Positions 50,790-61,000 of a stretch of DNA of 64,000 nucleotides are shown here, piece by piece. How positions within the stretch are numbered: the first letter of the stretch is position 1; each line of letters begins with the position of its first letter. The DNA is taken from NCBI GenBank assembly GCA_963677495.2, contig CAXXOU010000004.1:608001-672000 (forward strand). The letters are read 5' to 3'. The position numbers and the translations under genes were made by a program. Source of the DNA: Candidatus Cloacimonadales bacterium. GTDB taxonomy: Bacteria > Cloacimonadota > Cloacimonadia > Cloacimonadales > JAFGVF01. The notes beneath the pieces are model-generated. The model was not told the origin of the DNA. It worked only from the letters and a program-made list of their open reading frames with translations, and did no database searches.

Positions 50790-51290
50790 ATATGTATTTC
50801 GACATCGACGGTGCACGTCGAAACGTAGGACACGCTGCTAGCTTGTCCGCTTAGCAGAGCTAAGCCCCGCCACTGAAGTTAATTAGTATGATTTACTGAA
50901 GCTCTTTAGTAATTATCTTCAGGTTCAGTCTCGTAAAATACAGCTCTGTCGAGCTGTGGGCAAGCAGGCTGCATGCCCTACGTGACAGCCCTGAATGGGC
51001 TGAATATGAATAGCCCCGGGTTTTATGAACCCGGGGTCAAGTATCTCAAAAAACATTTAGAACCCTGAAGGGGTTCAACGATTCCTTGACAAAGAAAATG
51101 ATGCTTCTTAAATAAAGACATAACCAAAGGGTAGACCTACGGGTTTGCCCTTTTTCCTAATTTCCCTTTTGGCCTATCGGGGCGAAGCCTTTGGCGAAGA
51201 CCGAAGGGGTGCCATTGTAAACGGCGGGGTGGTAAAGTAACCCCTCACCTTAATCCTCTCCCCAAAGGGGCGAGGAGACAAAATAAAGCA
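50790..51290. repeat. Intergenic island of REP-like hairpin modules
   Basis: GTAGGACA..TGTCC, GGGCA..TGCCCTAC, ccccgggtt..aacccgggg, agggtagacc..ggtttgccct; modules shared with 4390-5280. Confidence 0.8.
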
Positions 51291-51296
51291 GGTACT

Positions 51297-53720
51297 ATGC
51301 ATCGAGTAAACTTAGTATTATTAATACTTCTATCTTTCTCAGGTTTGACAGCGAATACTCATGAAGTCTCTTTAGATGGAACTCTACCTTACCTATCAAT
51401 CCAAGATGCAATTAATTCTTCTTCAAATAGTGATACGATTCTTGTGCATCCGGGTAGATACTTTGAGAACATAGATTTTGTTGGAAAGAGCATTACAGTT
51501 TGCAGTGAATATGTAAGTAACCCTAACTGGGATATTGTAGAATCTACCATTATTGATGGTAATGAGCAATCAAGCTGTGTAGTAGTAATTAATGGTGAGC
51601 TGAATGCAGTTCTAAATGGTTTCACAGTTACAAATGGGATTGGATATGGTAATTCAAGATATGGTGGAGGAGTTTATGTAAACTTTGATAGTAATCTAAA
51701 TCTTGAAAACTGCCTTGTTGAAGATAATCATGCTATCAATTGTGGTGGTGTATTGACAGGACAAAACAGTTTAACTTCAATAACTGGTTGTGTTATTAGG
51801 AATAACTCAAGTGTTTATATCGGTGGAGGTGTTGGAGTTTACACAGGTACTCTAAATTTAAGCCTAACCAATCTGAATAGAATTTACAATAATTATGGTG
51901 ATGTGCAAGATATTTTCATTTATAATTCTCAATCTACTAACATTGTTCTTGATACACTCAGTGTTAATCTTACTGAACCTGACGGTTTCTTTGTTTCCTA
52001 TTTTCATGAAGATGGATTACCTGCTCCAGAAATATCAGTTCAAAATAACTATTTCGATCAGTTTGATTCAGACCTATATGTATCACCAACCGGTGATGAC
52101 AGTAATAACGGTCTTACACCGGAAACACCATTACAAACAATTGCGTATGCTAACAGAATAATCCAGCCTGATAGTTTGAATCCTAATACTGTTTATCTAT
52201 TACCGGGAACATATAGTTCGGAGTTAAACAATCAGTTTTTCCCAATAGCTTTGCAATCTCATACAAAGATGTTGGGTGGTGGAGATTTACCTGATGAAGT
52301 TATTATTGGGAGCGTTGGAGAAGAGAGTAAAATAGGAATTTCAAATGCAACCAATGTTGAAGTCGGAAATTTTACTATCAGTCATGCTAATGAAAACGTT
52401 GAAGCTGTTTTACTTGTGAGTAGGAGTTGTAATGTATTTATTCATGATGTAGAATCTATCAATAATTACTCTGAATATCCAGGTTTACTAATTTTGTATA
52501 GTAATAACATAATTTTTAATAATATATCGATAAATAGTGTCGATCATGATTTACATAGGATATCTTGTATCAAAACATACGAGTGTGAAAATACGATTTT
52601 TAATAATACTATCATTAATAGTATTTCCAACATTATTGAAGATGGCTCTACTGTGTTAGTAAGATTCTCGAGGAGTAAAGTGTCCATAAATAACATGCTA
52701 ATAACAAATGTGATAATTGAAGATACTGGAGTTGTTTTTTCATATGGGAACTCTGTTGAAAGCAATGTAGTGGGTAATCTTGAACTATATAATTTCTTAG
52801 CATATAACAATACATCTTTGTCAAACTCAATGCCGATGTTTAACTTCTCTACCTACCATGAAGAGTGCTATATTAATAATATGACAATTGCTCATAATAC
52901 CGGACCGACAGCCATAACAAGATTCGGTGGGGATTATACTATAAGAAACAGTATCATATATAATCCTAACAGTGCATATGAGATGGGTGTATGGGTACCA
53001 GCTGATGGAGACCCAACACCTAATTGGTCGAATATTGATATTGACTATAGTCTTGTAAGAAATGGGTTAGCTTCTATACCTGGTGCAGATAATCCTAATA
53101 ATAATGTATTGTGGGGAGTAAATAATATTGATGTGAATCCATTGTTCCGAGGAGATATGGAAGGTGATATCCCTGTTGGAGACCCGAGATGGGTGCAACT
53201 GACAGAGAACTCACCATGCGTGAATGCAGGAACACCTGATACACTTGGTATGAACTTACCTTCCATAGATATTACAGGTAATCCTAGAGTATGGGACAAT
53301 ATTATTGATATGGGAGCACATGAGTATAACCCTACAGTTGATAATAGTTATGAAACAGCACCAACCCCACCTGCGACAATACAAGTATCTCATTTCCCTA
53401 ATCCGGTGACACCGAATGGCAGTAATGATAAGGTAGCATTTATTGAGTTCACACTTCCAAAGAAACCGATAGAAAAACCAACACTTGAGATATACAATAT
53501 CAAAGGTCAGAAGGTTAGGGATTTGAAGATAACTCAGAGTTTCTCACAGCTTGTTAGAAGTGCAGGCCTTTCCACTGAAGAGAAGCAGTCGGGTGAGAAG
53601 TATTCGCAAATGTGGGATTGTAGGGATAATAATCGGAAGACTGTGGCGACAGGGATCTACTTCTATAAGGTTAGTAGTGAGGGGGAAGAAGCAATAGGGA
53701 AGATGATGATTATGAAGTAG
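51297..53720 (+). CDS. Secreted beta-helix protein (DUF1565-like module) with FlgD/T9SS-like CTD
   Basis: Signal peptide, SIQDAIN...DTILVHPG.Y.ENI, YVSPTGDDSNNGL..ETP..TI..A, DMGAHEY, HFPNP...IYNIKGQ. Confidence 0.85.
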   Translation: MHRVNLVLLILLSFSGLTANTHEVSLDGTLPYLSIQDAINSSSNSDTILVHPGRYFENIDFVGKSITVCSEYVSNPNWDIVESTIIDGNEQSSCVVVINGELNAVLNGFTVTNGIGYGNSRYGGGVYVNFDSNLNLENCLVEDNHAINCGGVLTGQNSLTSITGCVIRNNSSVYIGGGVGVYTGTLNLSLTNLNRIYNNYGDVQDIFIYNSQSTNIVLDTLSVNLTEPDGFFVSYFHEDGLPAPEISVQNNYFDQFDSDLYVSPTGDDSNNGLTPETPLQTIAYANRIIQPDSLNPNTVYLLPGTYSSELNNQFFPIALQSHTKMLGGGDLPDEVIIGSVGEESKIGISNATNVEVGNFTISHANENVEAVLLVSRSCNVFIHDVESINNYSEYPGLLILYSNNIIFNNISINSVDHDLHRISCIKTYECENTIFNNTIINSISNIIEDGSTVLVRFSRSKVSINNMLITNVIIEDTGVVFSYGNSVESNVVGNLELYNFLAYNNTSLSNSMPMFNFSTYHEECYINNMTIAHNTGPTAITRFGGDYTIRNSIIYNPNSAYEMGVWVPADGDPTPNWSNIDIDYSLVRNGLASIPGADNPNNNVLWGVNNIDVNPLFRGDMEGDIPVGDPRWVQLTENSPCVNAGTPDTLGMNLPSIDITGNPRVWDNIIDMGAHEYNPTVDNSYETAPTPPATIQVSHFPNPVTPNGSNDKVAFIEFTLPKKPIEKPTLEIYNIKGQKVRDLKITQSFSQLVRSAGLSTEEKQSGEKYSQMWDCRDNNRKTVATGIYFYKVSSEGEEAIGKMMIMK

Positions 53721-54070
53721 CTTATAGCCTATAGCCTATAGTTAAGCTGTCACCATAGCGACCGAATGGGAGTCGGGTCAATAGCGGACATGTGGCATAA
53801 TTCATAACTATGAGTCCAACTTGTTTCAGATTTAGAAAAGAAGTCCGTTTTCGCTCGTAAACTTCGTTCTGACAAACTCCTTTTCTAAACCTGAAACTCG
53901 CTATGACTCCAATGATAAGGTGTGATTCGCTAATTCCGTCATTCGAAGCAGTTTTCGTTCTCGTGTAAGTCTGAAGTTGTGTGACAAGACAAACCTACAT
54001 AGTAGGTTAAATCCATAATATTGCATATTTCGTTCTCGCACCACACTTCGCTGCGGTGCAAGTCCGAAGG
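53718..54070. repeat. Intergenic island: 7-mer tandem, M6, long hairpin, M4, M7, M3
   Basis: tagctta/tagccta/tagccta 53718-53742; M6 53757-53786; gtttcagatttagaaaag...cttttctaaacctgaaac; M7 53981-54016; M3 54030-54070. Confidence 0.8.
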
Positions 54071-54401
54071 CTATATCTCGGGCGATTCCAAAAAATCAAT
54101 TCGTGTAACCACTTTTAGTCCAAAATGACAGTACTATATAATAGAGGATGTCAAAACAGAAGAGATCGTCATCCGGGTTTCTATTCACTTTACATGAAGA
54201 TGTGGTGGAATGTGCACAAAGATGGAGATGAAGAAATTCATCGCCTTCTTAATACTAGTTTCCCAAATCTCCATATAATGGATAAACCAAAGAAACTCTC
54301 TGCTCTCAAGCTCTCAACAACTAAAATCAGATAATATAAATTGACACATTGAATTGACATTATAATATCAACTGTTGTTGATTAGAGTTTGTGAGGAGTA
54401 G

Positions 54402-56648
54402 ATGAAAATGATAAAAAAGGGTTCCATTTTAGCTTTTATTGCAATTGCATTAATTGTTTGGATTGCTGATGCCTTAGTAGATTCTTTTATCTTTAATCTG
54501 GATATTCTACGTATGCTCTCATTCAATATTTCTACACCAGTTTTACTAAAACGACTTGTCTTGATAATTTTACTGAATATACTTAACTTATTAGCATCAA
54601 AGTTGCGTCTTCGCGTTGAACAAGCACAAATACTAAAAGAAACCCCCTTCGGAATCATAATCAGTAACCTGAAGAGTGAATTTCAATATTTTAATGACTA
54701 TTTTACCGAGTTAACCGGATACACACTCAATGACTTGAAAACAATCGATGACTGGTTCGAAATAGTGTATGATGATACAGATTATCGCAAGCAGATACGC
54801 CTATTGTGGAATAGAGATGTTCAAGCATTGATTAGTGGCGAGAAGAAATTTGTTTCTGCATGTGTCTTGTTTAAATGTAAAGATGGGAATAAAAAGAGTC
54901 TCAATATGTCAGCATCATATGTAGATAGTCGTTTAGTCATAACAACTGAAGATGTTACTGATCTGATTAATGCAAAAGAGAGCTTAGCTGAAAAAGAGAA
55001 TCAACTCCGTCAAATCATTGATACTATTCCGGCATTTATATATGTAAAAGATGCACAAAGGAATTTCCATATTCTAAATAACTCAGTTGCTGATTTTTGT
55101 GATGTGGGTATTGAAGATATTGTGAATAAACAAATTTCTAATGAACCGGTTGCTGCCAAAGATGCAGAACGCTTTTACGAAACTGACATGCAGATTATTA
55201 ACGGTGATAGTGATAAACTTGAATATTTCGAAACCATCAATATGAAAAATGGAGAGACTTTACATTTTAAAACTATCAAAGTACCCTTTTATATTAACAA
55301 AAGTACAGATCGATTTGCTCTTGGAATCTCTATGGATGTTTCTGAGCTTTTTGACAAAGAAACAGAGCTAAAAGAGACAAGTGCTCATCTTAAACGTGAG
55401 ATTGATGCCAGGAGTATTTCCGATAAGAAACTAACAGAAACTCAAGAAACATTGAAATATATCGTTGATTATAGTCACAATATCTTCTATTCAGTAAAAC
55501 CTGATATGACACTAAATTTCATGAGTAAGCAGATTGAAAGAGTGTTAGGATTTAGTAGAGATGAAGCATTAGTTAACATTAATCAGATTTTTGTAAATCC
55601 TATGGATTTTGATCTAGTAGTATCAAGCATTAAAAAAACTTTTAAGTCAGGTACTGAATTGCCTAATACAAAAGCTCAGATAAGAAAAAAGAGTAATGAA
55701 GTTATTTGGGCTGAAATCAAGCATACTCCAATAATTGAAAATGGAGATGTGATTGCTGTAATTGGAATTGTCACAGACGTTACTTTAAATATAACTGCTG
55801 AATCAGAGATTAAAGACTATCAGAATAACCTTGAGAATATTATTACAGAGAGAACTAAAGTTCTTAATGATAAGACCAAGAAACTTAGTGACTCTCAGAA
55901 AGCTTTAACATATCTTCTAGAAGATGTTAATGTTGCCCAAAGAGAGCTTATGCAATCTAATGATGCACTTAAATCTGCTAATAAAGAGCTCGAAGCTTTT
56001 TCGTATTCCATTTCACATGATCTAAGAACTCCATTGAGAGCTATTAATAGTTACACTAAACTTCTTGCAGATGAATATTCTCACCTGTTTGATGAGGAAG
56101 CCTTCAGACTGTTCAATATTATTAGAGAAAACTCTATTATGATGAGTAATCTAATTAATGATTTGTTAGCTTTTTCTAAACTTGGATTAGATAAAGTTGC
56201 CAAAAAGCAAGTGGATATGGAAAAGCTGTTGAGGCAGGAATTTGAGAATGCATTGAATTTCATTGATCGCGAAGTAAAACTTGAAGTTGGTATTATTCAT
56301 CCAATTGTTGGTGATGAACATCTACTTAAACAGGTTTGGGCGAATTTGTTAACAAATGCTATTAAATACAGTAAAAATTCTAATCCATCCATTGTTAGAG
56401 TTTCTTCTACTGAAGAAGGAGATAACATTAATTACTTTGTGACAGACAATGGAGTTGGTTTCGATGAACGTTACAAAGATAAGCTATTTGGTGTTTTCCA
56501 ACGTTTGCATTCGATGCATGAGTTTGAAGGAACCGGAGTAGGATTAGCAATAGTCCAGAGAATTATCGAAAAACACGATGGTTTTGTCGATGCTGAGTCT
56601 GATGGACAAAACGGAGCTACATTTAAGTTTTCTCTACCCAAAATATAG
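54402..56648 (+). CDS. Multi-PAS sensor histidine kinase
   Basis: Two TMs, three PAS-like domains, H-box SHDLRTPL, N-box NLLTNAIKY, DNGVG, GTGVGLA. Confidence 0.93.
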   Translation: MKMIKKGSILAFIAIALIVWIADALVDSFIFNLDILRMLSFNISTPVLLKRLVLIILLNILNLLASKLRLRVEQAQILKETPFGIIISNLKSEFQYFNDYFTELTGYTLNDLKTIDDWFEIVYDDTDYRKQIRLLWNRDVQALISGEKKFVSACVLFKCKDGNKKSLNMSASYVDSRLVITTEDVTDLINAKESLAEKENQLRQIIDTIPAFIYVKDAQRNFHILNNSVADFCDVGIEDIVNKQISNEPVAAKDAERFYETDMQIINGDSDKLEYFETINMKNGETLHFKTIKVPFYINKSTDRFALGISMDVSELFDKETELKETSAHLKREIDARSISDKKLTETQETLKYIVDYSHNIFYSVKPDMTLNFMSKQIERVLGFSRDEALVNINQIFVNPMDFDLVVSSIKKTFKSGTELPNTKAQIRKKSNEVIWAEIKHTPIIENGDVIAVIGIVTDVTLNITAESEIKDYQNNLENIITERTKVLNDKTKKLSDSQKALTYLLEDVNVAQRELMQSNDALKSANKELEAFSYSISHDLRTPLRAINSYTKLLADEYSHLFDEEAFRLFNIIRENSIMMSNLINDLLAFSKLGLDKVAKKQVDMEKLLRQEFENALNFIDREVKLEVGIIHPIVGDEHLLKQVWANLLTNAIKYSKNSNPSIVRVSSTEEGDNINYFVTDNGVGFDERYKDKLFGVFQRLHSMHEFEGTGVGLAIVQRIIEKHDGFVDAESDGQNGATFKFSLPKI

Positions 56649-56690
56649 ATATTACCAAGTTTACTCCTAGCATATAAGCTATTCAGTGGG

Positions 56691-56771
56691 ATTTGCAATA
56701 ACTTACTGCATTTCAGGGAGTTTGCCGGTCTGATAAGGCAACGGACTTCCTAAAGTGCACTCCGAAGTTGC
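56691..56771 (+). repeat. Module M2, copy 2
   Basis: Ungapped match to 36144-36224. Confidence 0.9.
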
Positions 56772-56820
56772 TATTCGCCCATCTCCCTTTGGTCGCTATA
56801 GCTCCAGCTTCCGATTTAGT

Positions 56821-56990
56821 TACACAGTGCCTTTTACAATAACTTAGCTATCTTTATTGCCCTTTTTACTCTCTTTTACTGCTCTATGCAGCAACGCGCT
56901 GTGTCTGCACTGTGCACCCACTGTGAAGGCACTGCCAACCCACTGTTTCACTGGGTGTACAGTGCGTGCACAGTGGGAAAACAGTGGGAT
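56821..56990 (+). repeat. Element M1, copy 3
   Basis: Ungapped match to 9811-9980 and 36284-36453. Confidence 0.92.
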
Positions 56991-57212
56991 GATTGCGTTT
57001 TGTCTTATGGCTTGTATCAACTGCATAGATATTTTGTTATATTGGAAGAAATGAGTCGTAATGAAATGTAATCGCCAACTCCGGAACACGAAGGTTGATT
57101 TGTTCTAGCGATAAATTATTGTTATGACGACTGTCCATAGTTCTCGCATCAAGAACCTTTTCTCAAAGCTTCTCCATGATAAGACACTTTAAAATGCAAT
57201 TGGTTATCTCAT

Positions 57213-57242
57213 AAAAAAGGCTTGCATCAATAGATACAAGCC
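57213..57242 (-). terminator. Intrinsic terminator
   Basis: aaaaaaggcttgcatc-aata-gatacaagcc. Confidence 0.7.
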
Positions 57243-57264
57243 ATTAATTATATAAATTACTTAA

Positions 57265-58062
57265 CTATTTTACAGCTTTAAGAATCTCAGCAGTTAAACC
57301 TTCAAGTTCATTGATTTGATCTTTACTGTATTTTGTATCTTCAGATTTGTAGATAATGGATTTAATCTGTCCTAAATTTGTAGAACTGATCTTGTAATAG
57401 TTAGTTTCAGTAATCTTTTTGTTCTCAATTAGTTGCATGTTTTGAATTAGGGAGTTAAGGATACCTTTCTGTTCAACAATAACAGTGTAGTCCTTTTGAT
57501 AGTTATTAACTAAGAGATAAGAAACTCTATTCAAACCTTCAATCCAACCTCCAAGTTGCATAAGAGTGAAAACATCGTATCTTTTAGCTTGGTAGAGAGT
57601 TGCTTTGACCCTTTTCTGATACTTATCAAGTGAAAGCTCAAGTTCTGTCCACTTCTCAGCTTCGATATATCCTTTCAGTTCATCAGCCAGTTTAAGTACT
57701 TGGTCATCAATTCCAACCAAATTAGAATACTCTATCATGTTTTGAGAAATCTCAATCAAACTAGTTTTGTTTCTAGCTTTAACACTAAGAATTGCATCAG
57801 CAGTAAGTACACCAAGAGCAAATGATGCCTGATATACAGTTTCATCAACAGTATAAGCTTCCTTAGGAACTGATTTTGAAAAATCTGTATTCTTCAAATA
57901 ATCAAGCTTAGCAAGCATATCTCTAAATGGTGGTAATGGAAAGTTTCTAAACTCAACCTTAGCAGTTGGAGCTTTCTGTGGTTTCTCCTGTTTCTTTGTA
58001 CAGCCAATGACAGATATAGCTAGGAGTGCAATTAAGACAACCCAGATAATTGTTCTTTTCAT
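57265..58062 (-). CDS. Alpha-helical lipoprotein of unknown function
   Basis: Lipobox VIGC; ALGVL.AD and GGWIEGL motifs; follows the ABC gene. Confidence 0.8.
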   Translation of the reverse strand: MKRTIIWVVLIALLAISVIGCTKKQEKPQKAPTAKVEFRNFPLPPFRDMLAKLDYLKNTDFSKSVPKEAYTVDETVYQASFALGVLTADAILSVKARNKTSLIEISQNMIEYSNLVGIDDQVLKLADELKGYIEAEKWTELELSLDKYQKRVKATLYQAKRYDVFTLMQLGGWIEGLNRVSYLLVNNYQKDYTVIVEQKGILNSLIQNMQLIENKKITETNYYKISSTNLGQIKSIIYKSEDTKYSKDQINELEGLTAEILKAVK

Positions 58063-58081
58063 CAGTTTCCCCTTTTCTTTT

Positions 58082-61000
58082 TTATTTATAATATTTCAAT
58101 TTAATTAAGGTTAACAAATTAACCAACCCAATATACAACATAATAACTATTAAGTTGAAATTAAATGTCCTGCATGTCAAGTTAAATAACTTTTTGTATG
58201 ATGCAAGAAATACATTCTTGTTTGTGTTCATGAATCTGCCGTCCATAAGGCTAACTGACAGTTCAAGCGAACGATTCGTAAACTTACCTCTAGGGTATTT
58301 TTTTGCAATCAGTGCTTTCTCATCATAGTTGTCGTACAATCTTTCTTTATATGTTGAATCAGTTATATAACCGGTTTTGTACTCATTTAATAATTCTTTG
58401 CTTTCAGATTTCAGACGTTCCATATTTTTGTTATAACTATTTTTCTTCACTATTCCACTAACCAAACCTTCAAACAACCATCTTGAAGGCATAATCTGTA
58501 CAATTTCCGGAATCGGATTATGCTTTGAAATTGTTAAGTTACGATTCATCTTATCATACTCGATTATCGCACCTGCAAAAATAATCTGTGGTATCAGTAT
58601 TAGTGGAAGTATGTTTATGATAGACTTACTGTCATTAAGAAAACATGATATAAACAGTCCGATTGAGAAACCGCTTGCACCAGCAAAAATAAGATACAAT
58701 AGAGATATACCGGTTACACCTCGTATATTTAGTATGAATATAGAAATAAAAAGATAAAGAATCGCTTGAATAGCTGTGAAAATGCCTAATGTTAATACTT
58801 TAGATACAGTATAATAACTGACTTTCATATTTAAGCTTTTCTCTCGCTGGAACATACGCCTTTCTGAGGCAATATCTTCCAGACTATTAGATAACCCAAA
58901 GAAGATAAACACTATAATTGAGACAAAATAGAAGATACCTATATTGACATTGCTATAGTAAGAATATGTTTCCCCTGTTGGGGCAAGTCTAAGAATAAAG
59001 CTGATTATTAATGCAAGTATAGGTGCTTGCAGGAAAGTTATCATGAGATTGGTTTTATTCCTTAGTTTAAGAGTCAGATTTCTTCTGAATATATTTACTG
59101 TCTGCTTTATATGTTGTTGAAGATCCATCTTTATTCGATAAGATGTGTCTGTAACCGAATCATTTCTTCCTGCTTGCTCATTCTTATTAAAGAATGCACC
59201 CAATTGCTTCCGTTTATATTTATTACGCCAGTATTCAGGCGGGAACTTACGTTTTATTGTAACACTTTTATTAGTTTGCTCATATACAACCCTATTATCG
59301 GAGCTGTATTCCGGATATGCAATAATATCGTATGGAAAGTCAGCTTGACGATCATCCTTTTTAAGAGTAATCTCATTCTTGTTTACAGTCAATTTTTTGA
59401 GCTCAGAATTGAAGTAAGTAAATGAGTTGTCAGGTTTTCCGAAAAAGACTTCTACACCACCGATATCCATTAACAACACTTTATCGAACTTCTTATAAAT
59501 ACGAGAGTTAGGTTGGTGAATAGTTAGGATAACTATCTTTCCCTGTTCGGTTAAGGACTTAAGGATAGTAATAATTTGGTCAGCATCACTGAACGATAGG
59601 CCGGAAGTTGGTTCATCACAGATGATTAATGAGGGCTCAGAGAGCAATTCAAGCCCCAAATTAAGACGTTTTCTCTCTCCACCAGATAGAAGCTTAGTTT
59701 TAGGAGTACCTACTCGAGAATCGCGTTTATGGACGAGATTCACTTGCTGAAGTATGTTCTCAATCTTTTTATCTAGATGTTCTTTACTAATCTTAGGGAC
59801 TAAGAATGAACCTCGGTAGAACAGATTCTCATAAACAGTCAAATCCGGGAAGAGGAGTTCATCTTGTGGAACATATCCAATATGGGGTGAGAAGTAGTTA
59901 ACATTGTTATATAGCTTCTTGTTGTTTATAGTAACCATACCACCGGTTGGAATAATGTTAGCACTAAGAGCTTTCAGTAAGGTTGATTTGCCACAACCTG
60001 ACTGACCAAGTATACCTACTAACTCTCCCTCTTCAACATCAAATGATATACTATCTATACCTGTAGCTCCATCAGGGAATACATGCCTAATATCACGTAC
60101 AGAAACGTTCTTCATGTTGAAAGGTACTTCAATCAAATCGTAGAATGAGTTAATTCTAAAGTTACGTTTGTTGATTGTAATAATGTCTTTATTCAGCTTG
60201 AAATGAGTAATATGCTCAACCGGTCTACCATTAAGGAAAACCTTCCATCCCTTCTTTGGCTGGTACATTACTACATCATCTGCATCCACTTCGAAATAGA
60301 TTATTGATCTACTTGTCTCAGATTGAGATAAGTAGAAATAATTGTCATTGAAGTTTAGATAAAGTTCCTTTACGTCAACAGATTCAATGCCAATAGATTC
60401 TCGTTCTCTGACAACATCTAGTAAAGTAAAACTCTCTAATCCTTTGATTCTCAAGGAATCATCAAAATATAGGTCTTGTTCCTTTTTAGGTGATAACTGG
60501 TGTCCATTATGATAAACAGTGCCTTTGTTTAACTCAACTGCAAAGTTCATTCTATTAATAGTTAATACAAAATCTGCATCATTGCGTTTGAATGAGATTA
60601 CGTCATTAACCTCTTTGATTTCATACAATTTATCTATTGTTTCGTGATTAATAAACTGATCATTAACAGTGACACCCTGATTATTTGGAAGCATTAAAAG
60701 CTTACCGGGTTCAACCGGTTGCCCATTCATAGATACATGACTATTGTTGCCACACACAGCAAAAATCTGCTCATCAATATACAGAAACGCAATCTCAATA
60801 GCACTATATTTCTCTTTATTTCTAAACCGTACATTCGACTGAGTACCGGAACCTAGTGTCACATAATCAGTGAAAAGTGAGTATTTTAATTCATACTCAG
60901 GATTGATTGATTGAATATCTACGCATGAGTTGTCATTAGCTATTGCTCGATCAATAAATCTACCAATACCATCTTCTTCCAATCCCAACTGTGCGCTATA

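Noticed and set aside
51086..51296. Riboswitch in the long structured leader
   Set aside because: At least part of the leader matches a dispersed repeat module (4473-4515), and I recognise no aptamer consensus.
54125..54334. 69-aa ORF upstream of the histidine kinase
   Set aside because: No clear RBS or recognisable motif; it could be a gene remnant but I cannot support that without a search.
56844..57089. Three short overlapping ORFs across M1 copy 3
   Set aside because: They translate the repeat element, have no RBS, and the ORF track shows no equivalents at the other two copies.
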